In this document: positions 41,414 through 52,214 of the stretch, in pieces | How the letters are laid out: each line of letters opens with the position of its first letter | Position numbering within the stretch: the first letter of the stretch is position 1 | DNA from: an uncultured Gemmatimonadales bacterium | GTDB taxonomy: Bacteria; Gemmatimonadota; Gemmatimonadetes; Gemmatimonadales; GWC2-71-9 | Reading direction: 5' to 3' | NCBI GenBank assembly: GCA_963798915.1 | Contig: CAWCVB010000007.1 | Coordinates: 128,001-192,000, forward strand | Length of the DNA: 64,000 nucleotides | The notes under the pieces: generated by a model | The model's input: the letters and a program-made list of their open reading frames with translations, nothing else | What the model was told of the DNA's origin: nothing | The model's database searches: none | Made by a program: the position numbers and the translations under genes

Positions 41414-43936
41414 CTACGACGCCACCGCCACCTGCTCCAGGGTCTGCCGCACGGTGGCCGCCAGTTCATTGCGATCGAAGGGTTTCTGCAGAAAGGGGTA
41501 GCGCCCGTCGCTGATGCCGCGGCGCAAGGCGTCATCGTCGGTGTAGCCCGACATGAGCACCACCTTGATGCCAGGGCGCAGCGAGGCAACCTGGCGCGCC
41601 ACCTCGCCGCCGGCCAGATTCGGCATCACGGCATCGGTCAACAGCAGGTCAATCGCGCCATCATACGTGGCCGCCACTCGGACGCCGCCCACACCATCGG
41701 ACGCTTCAAGCACGCGATAGCCATGGTGCTGCAGGATCCGCCGGGTGCCTCGCCGGACGGCGTCGTCGTCTTCCACCAGCAGAATTGTCTCGGTACCGTC
41801 AAGCCGCTCGCACTGCCCCCTGGCCAGCCTTGCACCCGTTGCCGGAGCTGACCTGACAGTAGGCAGCGTCACGATGAAGGTCGAGCCTCGACCTGGCGTC
41901 GTCTCGACCGAAAGCTCACCACCGAACTGCGCCACGATACCGTGCGCCGTCGAGAGACCAAGTCCGGTGCCCTTGCCCCGCTTCTTGGTCGTAAAGAACG
42001 GCTCGAACACCCGGGTCAGGATCTCCGGCGGAATGCCGGTCCCCGTGTCCCGCGCCGTCAAGATCACGTAGCTCTGGCCGGTCGCCTCGTTCACTCCCAG
42101 CGCCGTACTGAGCGTGAAGGTGCCGCCCGCGGGCATGGCGTCGCCGGCGTTGAGGGCCAGATTCAGCAGCACCTGCTGAAGCTGCGAGGCATCGGCGCAC
42201 ACGTAAGCCAGCTGCGGGCATAGCACGGTACGGATTTCAATGTCCTCGCGCATGACGCGCCGGATCAGCGATGCAGATTCGCGGACGGCCGCGTTCAGGT
42301 CCAGCGTCTCCGTCTGGACCACCTGTTGCCGGCTGAACGCCAGCAGCTGCGCCGTGAGTCCGGCCGCCGCCTCGCAGACCCGGCGTGTCTCGCGAACCTC
42401 CGCCATGGCCGTCGCATTCCCGGCGCACTCCTCGGCGAGGAGATCGCACGATCCGATGGCCACGGTCAGCATGTTGTTAAAGTCGTGGGCAATGCCGCCG
42501 GCCAGCATGCCGACCGCTTGCATCTTCTGCGCCTGCACCAGGCGCGCCTCCAGTTCCCGCTGCTCGGTGATGTCGGCGATGACACCAAGCGAGATGGGTG
42601 ATGCCGCGCCAGGGCGGGGCACCGAGCGGCAGGTGGCGCGGACACACCGCACCTCTCCGCCGCCCTGCTGAACGCGATACTCGAGACTGAACGCCTCCTG
42701 GTTGGTCACCAGGGCATCGAAGGCTGATTCCAGCGCCGGTCGGTCGTCCGGCAGCGCAGCGCCCAGAAGCCCACCCAGCGAAGGTTCGTGCGTATCCGGG
42801 TCGTAACCCAGAATCCGATGGAGCTCCGGGGTCCAGGTCATCCGGCCGCTGTCAGCATCCCAGGTCCAGCTCCCCATCCGTCCCAATGCCTGCGCTTCGG
42901 CCAGCAGTGCCCGCGATGCGGCGGAATCGCGCTGGCTGCGAGCCAGCATGCTACGGCGAGTGATTGCGACCAGCAGGACCAGAACCAGCCCCGCAAGCAG
43001 CGTCGCCTGAAGTTCCGAGGCCAGATGCTGGTAGTATCCGGCCAGCACTTCCGCTTCGCCGATCGAGCGCACCATCCCCCAGGAGGTGCCGGGAACATGC
43101 CTGACCGCTGCCAGCACCCGGCGGCCCTCAGCGTCTCTGAAGAGGTCGGTACTGTCCTGGCCACTGGTGGCGAGCTGGCTGGCCGGCGAGGCCGAGTCCC
43201 AGGGCTCATGCAGGCTGAACGGCGCCGCCGCCGGATAGACCGAACCGCTGATCACGACAAGTTCATCGCCGATTCGGCCGATCAGGCGGCTCTGCCCGGT
43301 CTCGCTTCCCGGCAACTCGATGGGCAGGCGCGGCAGGAGGGTGACGTTGAGATCGGTCCGCAGGATCACGGCGCCCAACGTTCTGGCCAGCGGCCCGGCG
43401 ACGGGGGCAGCGAAAGCCACCGTGGCATGGCCGTGCTCGTCGCGGAACGGTCCGACCATGACACTGGCGCCCGACTGGACGACCGTGCGGGCCGCGGTGC
43501 GCTCAGCCTCCGCTAACGACGTGCCAGCCGCGCCGGCATGCGCGACGGTCGCCCCGTTCGCGTCCACCACCCACGCGTCCTCGTAGCCATAGCGGGCCCG
43601 CACGCTCTCAAGACTGCTGGTGACACGGGCTCGAACTCTGGCTGACCCCAGCCTGTCGGGCGAGTCGGCCAGCTCCGTGACGTTGTTGCCGGCCACTGCC
43701 GCATCCGAACGGCGCTCGACCAGCCAGTACTCGACGTTGGCCGCCGCCTGGCCGGCATTGGAGGAAAGAACCTGGCGCAGGCCCCCGAAAGCGTTGCGGT
43801 AGAGATATTTCGCGCGGAAGATGCCGCCGGCCACAAGGGCCGCCACAAGGGCGGCGGCCCCAAGCCAGAAAAGCGGCCCGGAATTCCAGGCAGCTTCGGG
43901 CCGTGATCTCGTCATCTGCCAAGGTCGTGGCGACAT
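41414..43936 (-). CDS. Hybrid sensor histidine kinase / response regulator (TM, Cache-like, PAS, HisKA, HATPase, REC); start uncertain
   Basis: GIAHDFNN, NLALNAGDAM, DTGTG, FFTTK..GTGLGL, LLVEDD, LLTDAVMP, QKPF. Confidence 0.92.
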   Translation of the reverse strand: MSPRPWQMTRSRPEAAWNSGPLFWLGAAALVAALVAGGIFRAKYLYRNAFGGLRQVLSSNAGQAAANVEYWLVERRSDAAVAGNNVTELADSPDRLGSARVRARVTSSLESVRARYGYEDAWVVDANGATVAHAGAAGTSLAEAERTAARTVVQSGASVMVGPFRDEHGHATVAFAAPVAGPLARTLGAVILRTDLNVTLLPRLPIELPGSETGQSRLIGRIGDELVVISGSVYPAAAPFSLHEPWDSASPASQLATSGQDSTDLFRDAEGRRVLAAVRHVPGTSWGMVRSIGEAEVLAGYYQHLASELQATLLAGLVLVLLVAITRRSMLARSQRDSAASRALLAEAQALGRMGSWTWDADSGRMTWTPELHRILGYDPDTHEPSLGGLLGAALPDDRPALESAFDALVTNQEAFSLEYRVQQGGGEVRCVRATCRSVPRPGAASPISLGVIADITEQRELEARLVQAQKMQAVGMLAGGIAHDFNNMLTVAIGSCDLLAEECAGNATAMAEVRETRRVCEAAAGLTAQLLAFSRQQVVQTETLDLNAAVRESASLIRRVMREDIEIRTVLCPQLAYVCADASQLQQVLLNLALNAGDAMPAGGTFTLSTALGVNEATGQSYVILTARDTGTGIPPEILTRVFEPFFTTKKRGKGTGLGLSTAHGIVAQFGGELSVETTPGRGSTFIVTLPTVRSAPATGARLARGQCERLDGTETILLVEDDDAVRRGTRRILQHHGYRVLEASDGVGGVRVAATYDGAIDLLLTDAVMPNLAGGEVARQVASLRPGIKVVLMSGYTDDDALRRGISDGRYPFLQKPFDRNELAATVRQTLEQVAVAS

Positions 43937-44202
43937 GCCGGACGCAGCCCTGCCTCTGAGTGATTGTGGGGGAAGTAGAGATGCGGAAGGCAGGTCCTGT
44001 GCCAATCGGCGACTGGCAGGTCCCGCCGCGCAGGCCTTGCGGTCCGAGGGCGAGATCCGGTGCCATCGGAATTCACCGCGAAGACGCAGAGGACACGGAG
44101 ACAGACGATGGACTTTCCTCGCCCTGACGCTGCGACCTCTGCGCCTCCGCGATAGATTCCAGAAATCCGCAGCTACGCGTATCGCCATCACCAGAGGTAA
44201 TC

Positions 44203-46467
44203 ATGCACCGGTCGGCTGTAGCGTCCCTTGCCTTGGCTGCGCTCGTTTTCTTCCCCCTGCCGGCCGACCCGCCGCTCCGTGGGTTCACGGCGGCGTCATC
44301 TCGGGCCGAACGGGAACTTGAAGCCACTTTCCGTGCGATTCCCGACCCGGCCCGCCTCCGCGCCGACGACAGTCTGCTGGCCGCCTTTCCGCACCATGTG
44401 GGCACGCCACGTGACTCGGCGAACGCCGCCTGGATTGCGGAGCAGTTCAGGAGCTACGGCTGGGATGTATCCATCGAGCGGTTCGAGGTGCTCTTCCCGA
44501 CGCCACTGGAGCGCAAGGTGGAATTGGTGGCGCCGACCCGCTTCGTGGCCAAGCTCCAGGAACCGCCGGTTCCCTCTGACCCCACCAGTGCACAGCAGGA
44601 CCAGCAGCTTCCCACCTACAACGCCTATAGTGGCGACGGCGACGTCACCGCGCCGCTGGTCTATGTGAACTACGGTGTGCCCTCCGACTACGACGAACTC
44701 GCCCGGCACGGCATTGACGTGAAGGGAAAGATCGTGATTGCGCGCTACGGCGGGGCCTGGCGCGGCATCAAGCCGAAGGTGGCGGCGGAGCACGGCGCCG
44801 TCGGCTGCCTGATCTACTCCGACCCGCGGCAGGATGGCTACGGCGGGGGCGCCGTCTTTCCCGAAGGACCGATGCGCCCCGCCAACGGAGTGCAGCGGGG
44901 CAGCGTGATGGACATGCCGGTCTATCCCGGCGATCCGCTCACGCCGGGCGTGGGCGCCACCAGGAATGCCAAGCGCCTCAAGGTTTCCGAGGCCGCCACA
45001 ATCATGAAGATCCCGGTGCTGCCGCTCTCCTATGCCGATGCGCAGCCGCTGCTCGAGTCGCTCGAGGGACCGGTGGTGCCGGGCGACTGGCGCGGCGGTC
45101 TTCCCATTACCTATCGCTTCGGCGGCAGCGGACCGGCGCGGGTCCATCTGGCGGTCAAGTCGGACTGGAGTCTCCATCCGCTGTTCGACGTGATTGCCCG
45201 GCTTGCCGGCAGCAGCGAAGCCGATCAGTGGGTCGTGCGCGGCAATCATCATGATGCCTGGGTCAACGGCGCTGAAGATCCCATCTCCGGGCTGGTCACC
45301 GAACTGGAAGAAGCGCGCGCGCTGGGTCAGCTCTACAAGAACGGCTGGCGTCCGAAGCGGACCATCGTCTACGCCGCCTGGGATGGTGAGGAACCCGCGC
45401 TGCTTGGCAGCACCGAATGGGCCGAGACGCACGCCGAGGCGCTGCGGCAACATGCGGTGGCCTACATCAACACCGATGGCAACGGCCGCGGCTTCCTGGG
45501 CATGTCAGGATCGCACTCGCTGGAGCATTTCATCAACGACGTGGCGCGGGAGATCAAGGATCCGGAGACGGGCCTCAGCGTGTGGGAGCGCCGCAAGGCC
45601 CGCACCATCGAACGGGGCGATGCCGACGAGCGGAAGGCGGCCCGGAGCGGCGGCGACCTTCCCATCGGGGCCCTGGGCTCCGGCTCCGACTACACGCCCT
45701 TCCTGCAGCACCTGGGGGTTGCGTCGCTCAGTCTGGGTTACGGCGGCGAGGACGATGGCGGCATCTATCATTCGATCTACGATGATTTTTACTGGTACAG
45801 CCATTTTTCCGATACCTCGTTTGTCTATGGCAGGGCGCTCTCGCAGACGGTGGGCACGGCGGTGCTGCGGCTTGCCAATGCGGATCTGCTGCCGTTCCGT
45901 TTCGAGAACCTGGGCACGACAGTCGAGAAGTACGCCAAGGAATTGCAGGACCTGCGGGACACGCGCGCCAAGGAAATCACCGAGCGCAACACCCAGATCA
46001 GCGAGGGCATTTTCAAGGCGACCAGTGATCCGCGCGACCCTACCCTCGCGCCGGAGGCGAAGACGCCGGCGCCTCACCTCAATTTTGCGCCATTGCTGAA
46101 TGCGGTCGATTCGCTCACCGCGGCCGCCAGCCGCTATGAGACGGCCTACGACCGGTGGGCTGCCGATTCCGCATCCAGCCAGGACCTGGCCGCGATCAAC
46201 CGCCGGCTGCTGCAGACCGAACAGCTTCTTACGTCGGAGAGCGGCCTCCCCCGGCGGCCATGGTACCGTCACCTGCTCTATGCGCCAGGGTTCTATACCG
46301 GCTACGGCGTGAAGACGATGCCCGGCGTGCGGGAGGCGATCGAACAGGGCGAGTGGGATGCGATCGATGCGCAGATGCGCCGGCTGGCAGACGCGCTGAC
46401 TCGCGAGGCCGCCGCGGTGAACGAGATAACGGTCATGCTGCGCGGAAACAGCGGAACCACGCGCTGA
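44203..46467 (+). CDS. M28 peptidase, glutamate carboxypeptidase II / transferrin-receptor-like
   Basis: PA domain, GNHHDAW, GAEDP, WDGEE, GSDY, YHSIYD, RHLLYAPG. Confidence 0.93.
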   Translation: MHRSAVASLALAALVFFPLPADPPLRGFTAASSRAERELEATFRAIPDPARLRADDSLLAAFPHHVGTPRDSANAAWIAEQFRSYGWDVSIERFEVLFPTPLERKVELVAPTRFVAKLQEPPVPSDPTSAQQDQQLPTYNAYSGDGDVTAPLVYVNYGVPSDYDELARHGIDVKGKIVIARYGGAWRGIKPKVAAEHGAVGCLIYSDPRQDGYGGGAVFPEGPMRPANGVQRGSVMDMPVYPGDPLTPGVGATRNAKRLKVSEAATIMKIPVLPLSYADAQPLLESLEGPVVPGDWRGGLPITYRFGGSGPARVHLAVKSDWSLHPLFDVIARLAGSSEADQWVVRGNHHDAWVNGAEDPISGLVTELEEARALGQLYKNGWRPKRTIVYAAWDGEEPALLGSTEWAETHAEALRQHAVAYINTDGNGRGFLGMSGSHSLEHFINDVAREIKDPETGLSVWERRKARTIERGDADERKAARSGGDLPIGALGSGSDYTPFLQHLGVASLSLGYGGEDDGGIYHSIYDDFYWYSHFSDTSFVYGRALSQTVGTAVLRLANADLLPFRFENLGTTVEKYAKELQDLRDTRAKEITERNTQISEGIFKATSDPRDPTLAPEAKTPAPHLNFAPLLNAVDSLTAAASRYETAYDRWAADSASSQDLAAINRRLLQTEQLLTSESGLPRRPWYRHLLYAPGFYTGYGVKTMPGVREAIEQGEWDAIDAQMRRLADALTREAAAVNEITVMLRGNSGTTR

Positions 46468-46525
46468 GGTCTCGGCGCCGTTCCCCGTCCTGGCCGAGCG
46501 GCGCCGCGGCCCCTGCGGGAAATAG

Positions 46526-46969
46526 TTATCCGGCCACCGGCACGGCCGGGGTCAGTCCGATCCACCCCTTTGCCCTGGCCGTGCGGGCCAGCATCAGCAG
46601 CGCGATCGCGATCAGGAGGCAGAGTCCCTGCATGACCAGGTTACCGGTGCGGGCGCTCCCCGCCGCGCCGAACATGGCAACGTCCTCCACCACCAGGCCG
46701 ACAAGAGACGCGACGAAAAACGGCACTGCCCAACCCTTGCGGATGACCAGAGCCAGGCTGCCGAGTGCACCTGCCCACACGGCGACGGCCATGCCCATCA
46801 CGCCCCAGATCGGGAACCCGTTGAACATCGCCTGCTGCGCTTCAGGGAGCTGGGCAATCGCCTCGGGGCTCATGGTCACCATGGACAGATAGAAATAGCA
46901 TCCCATCAGGTTCCACAGCAGGGCAAGAACCGCAACCGGCATGTACCACTTGGGCGTGGGCGTCATCAT
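46526..46969 (-). CDS. Hypothetical four-TM membrane protein
   Basis: PKWY..VAVLALLWNLMG; four hydrophobic segments. Confidence 0.8.
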   Translation of the reverse strand: MMTPTPKWYMPVAVLALLWNLMGCYFYLSMVTMSPEAIAQLPEAQQAMFNGFPIWGVMGMAVAVWAGALGSLALVIRKGWAVPFFVASLVGLVVEDVAMFGAAGSARTGNLVMQGLCLLIAIALLMLARTARAKGWIGLTPAVPVAG

Positions 46970-47093
46970 TGCGCTCCGGTGAGGGGATGGACGGCCGGGT
47001 CAGGGCGGCACCGTGGCCGGCCACCAATGTACCTCGCGACCGGGCACTGGGTGAGAGGCGCCCCGGCAGCGACCGCCCGGCGGCCGGTCGCCG

Positions 47094-48383
47094 CTACGAG
47101 AACCGGCGGAACATGGCCTGGATACGGGCGATCAGCGCCGCATCCACGCCGGCCTCCCTTGCCTCCGGTTCCCAGCGTTCCAGCGATGCTTCCACCTCTT
47201 CGATGATGACGGCGCCGGCCTTCGGAACGTCGAACGCGCGGCCCACGGCCAGCAGGTCATCACGGGTGAAATCGTCGTCCTTGCCGCGGGCGGTCATCTG
47301 GTGGGTCATGGCCCACGCGCCGCCGTAGGCAAAGGTCATGTCAAAGGCGGGTGCCAGCCGCCACGCCCCGTCCGGTCCCATCAGGAAGGCGACGTTCTTG
47401 ACGTGGTCGTCCTGGTTGCGGGCCATGATGTTGAAGACCATCCGGCGATACGCCTGGTCTACCGACGGCTGTCCCATGCCCAGCAGGCGAATGGTGCGGA
47501 AGTAATCTTCGTAGGAGAGAACCTGCCTGACATTGTAGTCGGCGTGCTGAAGCCCACCCAGGCTGTGCATGTGAAGCCGAGTTCCCTCCTCGCGATCAAA
47601 GCGCCGGGTCATGAAATGGGCAAAGTTGCGCTCGCGGAGCAGGAAGGTGTCGGTCATCTCGATACCGGCCGCACCGGCCATCCGCGAATAGGCAAACTCG
47701 ATGCGCCCATAGGGACCGGGGTTGAATTCCCTGGCCAGCACGTGGCCTCCTGCTCCAGCGGACACGCCATCGAACTTGATGAGCCAGTGCTCATCATCTT
47801 TTCCCCTGGGCGCAAAGGCCGACTTCACTCGCTTTGCCTCGCGGTTCCACAGCACCAGCGCCTTGGCTCGCGCACCACCCGCCGAGGCGCCCAGCTGCAT
47901 CATTTCGGGCAGCGCCACGTCCGGGTCGCCCTCGATCACGCGACGCGCCTCCTCGACCAGCTTCGCAATGGCCAGCGCCTCGCCGGTATCACGATTCATC
48001 CGTCCCTCGAGCGGCGGCCGGAACTCCAGCGCACCCATGGCGCGGCTGCCGATGTAGAGCAGCTTCTGCACCGGACTCATGGCCGCGCCCGGTGTGCCAC
48101 GCTGCTCGAAGTAGCGCCGGATCACGGCATTGCCGAAGGCATCGGGAAGACTGTCGGCCAGGAGACCGGGCAGGCCGGCGAATGATTCGGTGCGCCGCAG
48201 CTCGGGAAAGGAGACGGGGCCACGACGCGACAGGGGCAGGTGGATGGGCGAGACTTCCAGTCCCGAGCGCCGGAAGTCCTCGCTATACTCGAACACGATT
48301 CCGCCCGTGGGATCCTCGGCGACCGCGCCAAGCTCCTGGCCCCAGAGCAGGATGCTGGCGACGGCAAAGGGTGACTCAGCCAT
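47094..48383 (-). CDS. hipA: HipA-family kinase toxin
   Basis: LLADSLPD, SAGGARAK, WLIKFD, RRFDR, NQDDHVKN, LAPAFD. Confidence 0.93.
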   Translation of the reverse strand: MAESPFAVASILLWGQELGAVAEDPTGGIVFEYSEDFRRSGLEVSPIHLPLSRRGPVSFPELRRTESFAGLPGLLADSLPDAFGNAVIRRYFEQRGTPGAAMSPVQKLLYIGSRAMGALEFRPPLEGRMNRDTGEALAIAKLVEEARRVIEGDPDVALPEMMQLGASAGGARAKALVLWNREAKRVKSAFAPRGKDDEHWLIKFDGVSAGAGGHVLAREFNPGPYGRIEFAYSRMAGAAGIEMTDTFLLRERNFAHFMTRRFDREEGTRLHMHSLGGLQHADYNVRQVLSYEDYFRTIRLLGMGQPSVDQAYRRMVFNIMARNQDDHVKNVAFLMGPDGAWRLAPAFDMTFAYGGAWAMTHQMTARGKDDDFTRDDLLAVGRAFDVPKAGAVIIEEVEASLERWEPEAREAGVDAALIARIQAMFRRFS

Positions 48384-48693
48384 CGGGCGACGCGCGGCGA
48401 GGCGTCCCGGCGCGCTGACGCTGGCGCCCGCGCAGCTTCACCAGCTGCATGGGAGAGACGAGCGGGGCAGGGAGGAACGCATCAAGCGCCTCCAGCCGGC
48501 CCAGGGCACGAAGAATCTGGATGACCGTGGCCAGGGTCGGATTCTCGCCGGCCTCAGCCCGGGCAAGGGTCCGGACACTGATGCCAGCGGCGGCGGCGAC
48601 GTCAGCCGCGGTACGGTTCTGCTGCAGCCGGTAGCGTTCGAGCCGGTGGCCGATCTCGGCGAGCGCTTCACTGGTGGTGGCCGTGGTGTCCAT
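48376..48693 (-). CDS. HipB-like XRE HTH antitoxin
   Basis: RLQQNRT..VAAAAGISVRTLARAEAG; overlaps the hipA start. Confidence 0.88.
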   Translation of the reverse strand: MDTTATTSEALAEIGHRLERYRLQQNRTAADVAAAAGISVRTLARAEAGENPTLATVIQILRALGRLEALDAFLPAPLVSPMQLVKLRGRQRQRAGTPRRASPDG

Positions 48694-48720
48694 CGTGCCA
48701 TCCAAGGTTCGGTGTACAAG

Positions 48721-48875
48721 AGACATATATGTCTTGTTACATGTTATTATGTAGCTACCTCGTCAGATATGTCCTATTATAGCGTCGAAAACAGATGGAA
48801 TCAAGCTAAGTAAACGTTAAGCTGCAATATATGCCCTTTTGACTGTTCTAGTAGCGTTAAGACGACATATACGTC
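48721..48875. promoter_or_regulatory. AT-rich hipBA control region with four GACATATATGTC-like sites
   Basis: Cores at 48725, 48765, 48827 and 48867; perfect palindrome AGACATATATGTCT at 48721-48734. Confidence 0.65.
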
Positions 48876-49010
48876 CAGTACCAGATACTGATGGCATCTG
48901 GCCCTGAAGCCAGCTCGAAAGCCATGTCGAGAACCGCCGGCCAGTTCCGACTTCTCATGCAGGCGTCAATCCCGCCGCCTGCTTGAGACCCGAACTCGAG
49001 GAGATCCACC

Positions 49011-49070
49011 ATGCGTTTCATGCTGATGATGAACGTGCCCAGGGGCACCGGCGACTACCAGATCGGCGGC
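49011..49070 (+). pseudogene. 5' stub resembling a YciI-family gene start
   Basis: GAGGAG RBS then MRFMLMMNVPRGTGDYQIG, which breaks into repeat-like sequence. Confidence 0.45.
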
Positions 49071-49201
49071 TCGGCAGGACGGGCAGGACGGCCGAGGCGG
49101 GCAAGATGGGCGGGCTCAACCACGCGCGTCATTGCGAGCCACCCCTTGCCAAATCTACTTTACCATGCAAAGTTAATTCCGGAACCTGGCACGAGGGGAT
49201 C

Positions 49202-49603
49202 ATGACTGCCGTCGAGAAGTATTTCTTCAGTCCTGTCTATTTCCCGCGGTCCACCTGGGACGTGGTCCGCTGGTGGGAATCCCGCCGCCTGCTGTTCAAC
49301 GCCTCGGTGGGGGGAGCGGGGCTCCTCACCATTGCCATTCTTCAGCTTTTCGCCGCGCTGCCGCCCACCTTTCCGTACTTTGGGGTGCCGTGGGGTGCGG
49401 TGGCGGTCTACGGCATTCTCGCGAACGTCTTCTACACGCTGGGCGCTCCGGCCGACCTCCTGATCCGCCATCTCTTCGGGCCGCGCGCCGCCGTGGCCGG
49501 CCCCACGCTCTTCCGCTACGGATTTGTCTTCTCCCTGGGGCTCACCCTGCTGCCGGTCTGCTTCGGGGTGATGTTCTGGCTGCTGAGGCTGGTGGCGTGG
49601 TAG
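49202..49603 (+). CDS. Hypothetical three-TM membrane protein
   Basis: GAGGGG RBS; VVRWWESRRLLFN, ANVFYTLG. Confidence 0.75.
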   Translation: MTAVEKYFFSPVYFPRSTWDVVRWWESRRLLFNASVGGAGLLTIAILQLFAALPPTFPYFGVPWGAVAVYGILANVFYTLGAPADLLIRHLFGPRAAVAGPTLFRYGFVFSLGLTLLPVCFGVMFWLLRLVAW

Positions 49604-49652
49604 GTTAGGGGACTTGGTTCTCGACCCTGCCACCCTCGACCCTCGACCCTCC

Positions 49653-50042
49653 ATGAAATACATGCTCCTGGTCTACATCGACCATGACCTCCTCGATGCC
49701 CTGCCGGCCGGCCAGTTCGACGGCATGATGCGCGACTGCCTCTCGCATGCGGACGCACTGAAGCACCGGGGGCAGCTGATCGAGTCGCAGATGCTGGAAG
49801 ACGCGCCCGGCGCGCGCGCCGTCCGGGTCCGGAACGGCAAGCTCACCACCACCGACGGCCCCTTTGCCGAGACCAAGGAAGTGCTCGGCGGGTTCAACCT
49901 GATCGAGGCCGCGGACATGGCCGAGGCGACCCGGATGGCGGTGGAGAACTTTCCGTGGGCCAGTGTCGGCTGCATTGAAGTGCGGCCGGTGCGGGACATC
50001 GGGGCGGTGGCCGAGCGGGTAGGGTGGCGGGCGACGGCCTGA
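49653..50042 (+). CDS. YciI family (DGPF) protein
   Basis: MKYMLLVY, TDGPFAETKEVLGGF, IEVRPV. Confidence 0.93.
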   Translation: MKYMLLVYIDHDLLDALPAGQFDGMMRDCLSHADALKHRGQLIESQMLEDAPGARAVRVRNGKLTTTDGPFAETKEVLGGFNLIEAADMAEATRMAVENFPWASVGCIEVRPVRDIGAVAERVGWRATA

Positions 50043-50242
50043 GTGCACTGACTATTCGATTTCACGCGCGCAGCATTTGATTGCCCCGCGAATTGTGCAA
50101 AGTCGCCGCGTTCGCTATGGAGTTCCCGGCTTCACCCACTTCGCGGGTGATTGCCAGGCCCTCAAGCGCAACCAGCGTGCTGTTTCGAAAGGGATGCCGC
50201 AGCTTCAACCAGACACCTCAACGAAGACCTCGGTGGCTATTC

Positions 50243-51048
50243 ATGACACGTTTGGGCCTTGGCCAGTTTCTGGGAGAGCGCGGCCGTTCCGCCACGGCGG
50301 GCGGATTTACTCTTGTGGAGATGCATGACACCCCGAGCGTGCCGGTACCGCGACATACCCACGAGGACCCACACTTCCTGGTCGTGCTGAGTGGCCATTA
50401 TGACACGCGGCGATGAACATCCGCGGCCGGGCTGCTTCGGGAACGGTCCTTTTCAATCCGGCGGGTACCACTCACCAGGACCATTTTGTCACCTCGGCCG
50501 GTCGTTTCCTCACCCTGTCGATCGATCCGGAGCGCGCCAGGTTCCTGCGCGAGGTAACGCGGCATTCGCTGGAAGGCGATTCCATCGCCCTGAAGCAGCC
50601 GCGGGCTCGCTGGCTCGGCCGGCGGCTCAACGAGGAGCTCGGCGTGTCCGATCTCTTCCACCCTCGTGCTCGAGGGGTTGGCGCTCGAGCTCATCGGACA
50701 GGCCACGCGCGAGACGAGTACTGGCCGTGCCCGCCCTGGTTGGCTCGTCCGGGCGGCCGAACTGTTGACCGATCGTTGCGGCGAAGCCATCACTGTCGCA
50801 GAGATTGCGGGTATCGTCGGGGTTCATCCATGGCACCTCACGCGCTGCTTCCGGGAGGCGTACGGCTGCACGCCCGGGCAGTACCAGCGCCAGTGCCGGG
50901 CCGACATGGCCTTGGCGCTTCTCAGGGATACCCGCCTCTCCCTCTCCGAAATCGCCCTCCGCTGCGGTTTCGCGGACCAGACTCAGTCACAAGGAGCTTC
51001 CGCAAGACCCTCGGCATTACGCCCGGAAGGTGCCGTTCTGCATATTGA
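50243..51048 (+). pseudogene. AraC-family regulator with three frameshifts
   Basis: Cupin PRHTHE..HF, then FNPAGTTH, then HTH VHPWHLTRCFR...GFADQ, then TRSFRK..GITPG; breaks near 50410, 50660 and 50985. Confidence 0.8.
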
Positions 51049-51147
51049 GGCTGGTTGCTGGCAAGACGAATCCCCGACGCTTTCGTAGCTTGCGTATGCG
51101 CCGAGCCATCCTGGCCAGCGCATTCTGCACTGTGGAGGGAAGGACCG

Positions 51148-52113
51148 ATGCGGAGCCGGCGCGATTTCCTGACGACCCTGGCGTGGACCACGGGCGGTCT
51201 GCTGCTGTCGAACGCGTGCCACGGAATGCCGGGAACCCAAACCGTTCCGGCCCCGGACTGGGGTCAATCGGCGGCGGACCCGGAGATCGCCCTTACGCGT
51301 GTCACATTCCCGTCCGGCAGCGACACGGTGCCGGCGTTCTTCTCCCGGCCGAAGGCTCGGGGCCGCCACCCGGCCGTCATCGTGCTGCATGCCAACTGGC
51401 TGGTTGAGCCTTACATCCCCGATACCACCGCGTTGCTGGCCCGGGCCGGATTCGTCGGCCTCGCGATTGACCTCTTCCACATGTTCCCGCCGGTGGCATC
51501 CTGGGAGGAGGCGGAGCAGGTTCCCGGAAGGGTCATGCAGGACGCTTTGGACAAGGAGTTCACCGAGCCCCGGATGATCCGGAACATCAGTTCGGGTATC
51601 GACTATCTCCGCCGCCAGCCGTTCGTAGCCGACGGAGGCGTCGCCATCCTCGGCTTCTGCGGTGGCGGCTGGAATGCACTGCTCGCCGGCGCCCAGCTCG
51701 CCGACATCGCGGCCGTGATCGCCTTCTACGCGCCGCTCACGATCAGCGATCCACAGCACCGGGCGCCGCAGGATCTGGTCGAATACATGCAGATGCCAAT
51801 TCTCTTCCATCAGGCGCTCAAGGATCCGTTCGTGAAGCCGGCCGACGTGGATCGCTTCGAGGCGATGGTCCGGAAGGACGGCACGCCGTTCACGCGGTAC
51901 CAGTATGACGCATTCCACGGCTTCTTCGCCTTCAACCGGGTACCGGAGTTCAACGCGAAGGACGCGACTCTGGCCTGGCAGCGAACGGTGCCCTTTCTGC
52001 GTCGGTACGCCGGCGCGCCGCTTAAGCACCGCGCTCTGGCACCGTCGCGCGACGCATTGGGAATGGCGGCTGACCGGTCGGAGCATACCGTGCTTCACGC
52101 CGGGCACACCTGA
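51148..52113 (+). CDS. Dienelactone hydrolase family protein with Tat signal
   Basis: SRRDFL Tat motif, GFCGG nucleophile elbow, FHGF. Confidence 0.88.
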   Translation: MRSRRDFLTTLAWTTGGLLLSNACHGMPGTQTVPAPDWGQSAADPEIALTRVTFPSGSDTVPAFFSRPKARGRHPAVIVLHANWLVEPYIPDTTALLARAGFVGLAIDLFHMFPPVASWEEAEQVPGRVMQDALDKEFTEPRMIRNISSGIDYLRRQPFVADGGVAILGFCGGGWNALLAGAQLADIAAVIAFYAPLTISDPQHRAPQDLVEYMQMPILFHQALKDPFVKPADVDRFEAMVRKDGTPFTRYQYDAFHGFFAFNRVPEFNAKDATLAWQRTVPFLRRYAGAPLKHRALAPSRDALGMAADRSEHTVLHAGHT

Positions 52114-52214
52114 GCTGTGGGCAGCGAGGCGTGGCGCGCAGCGACCGGGTGCTCGCGTGCCTCACCACCTGCCGGCGGACGGGGCGGCCGTCAGGTAGAT
52201 AGAGAGGTGAAAGC

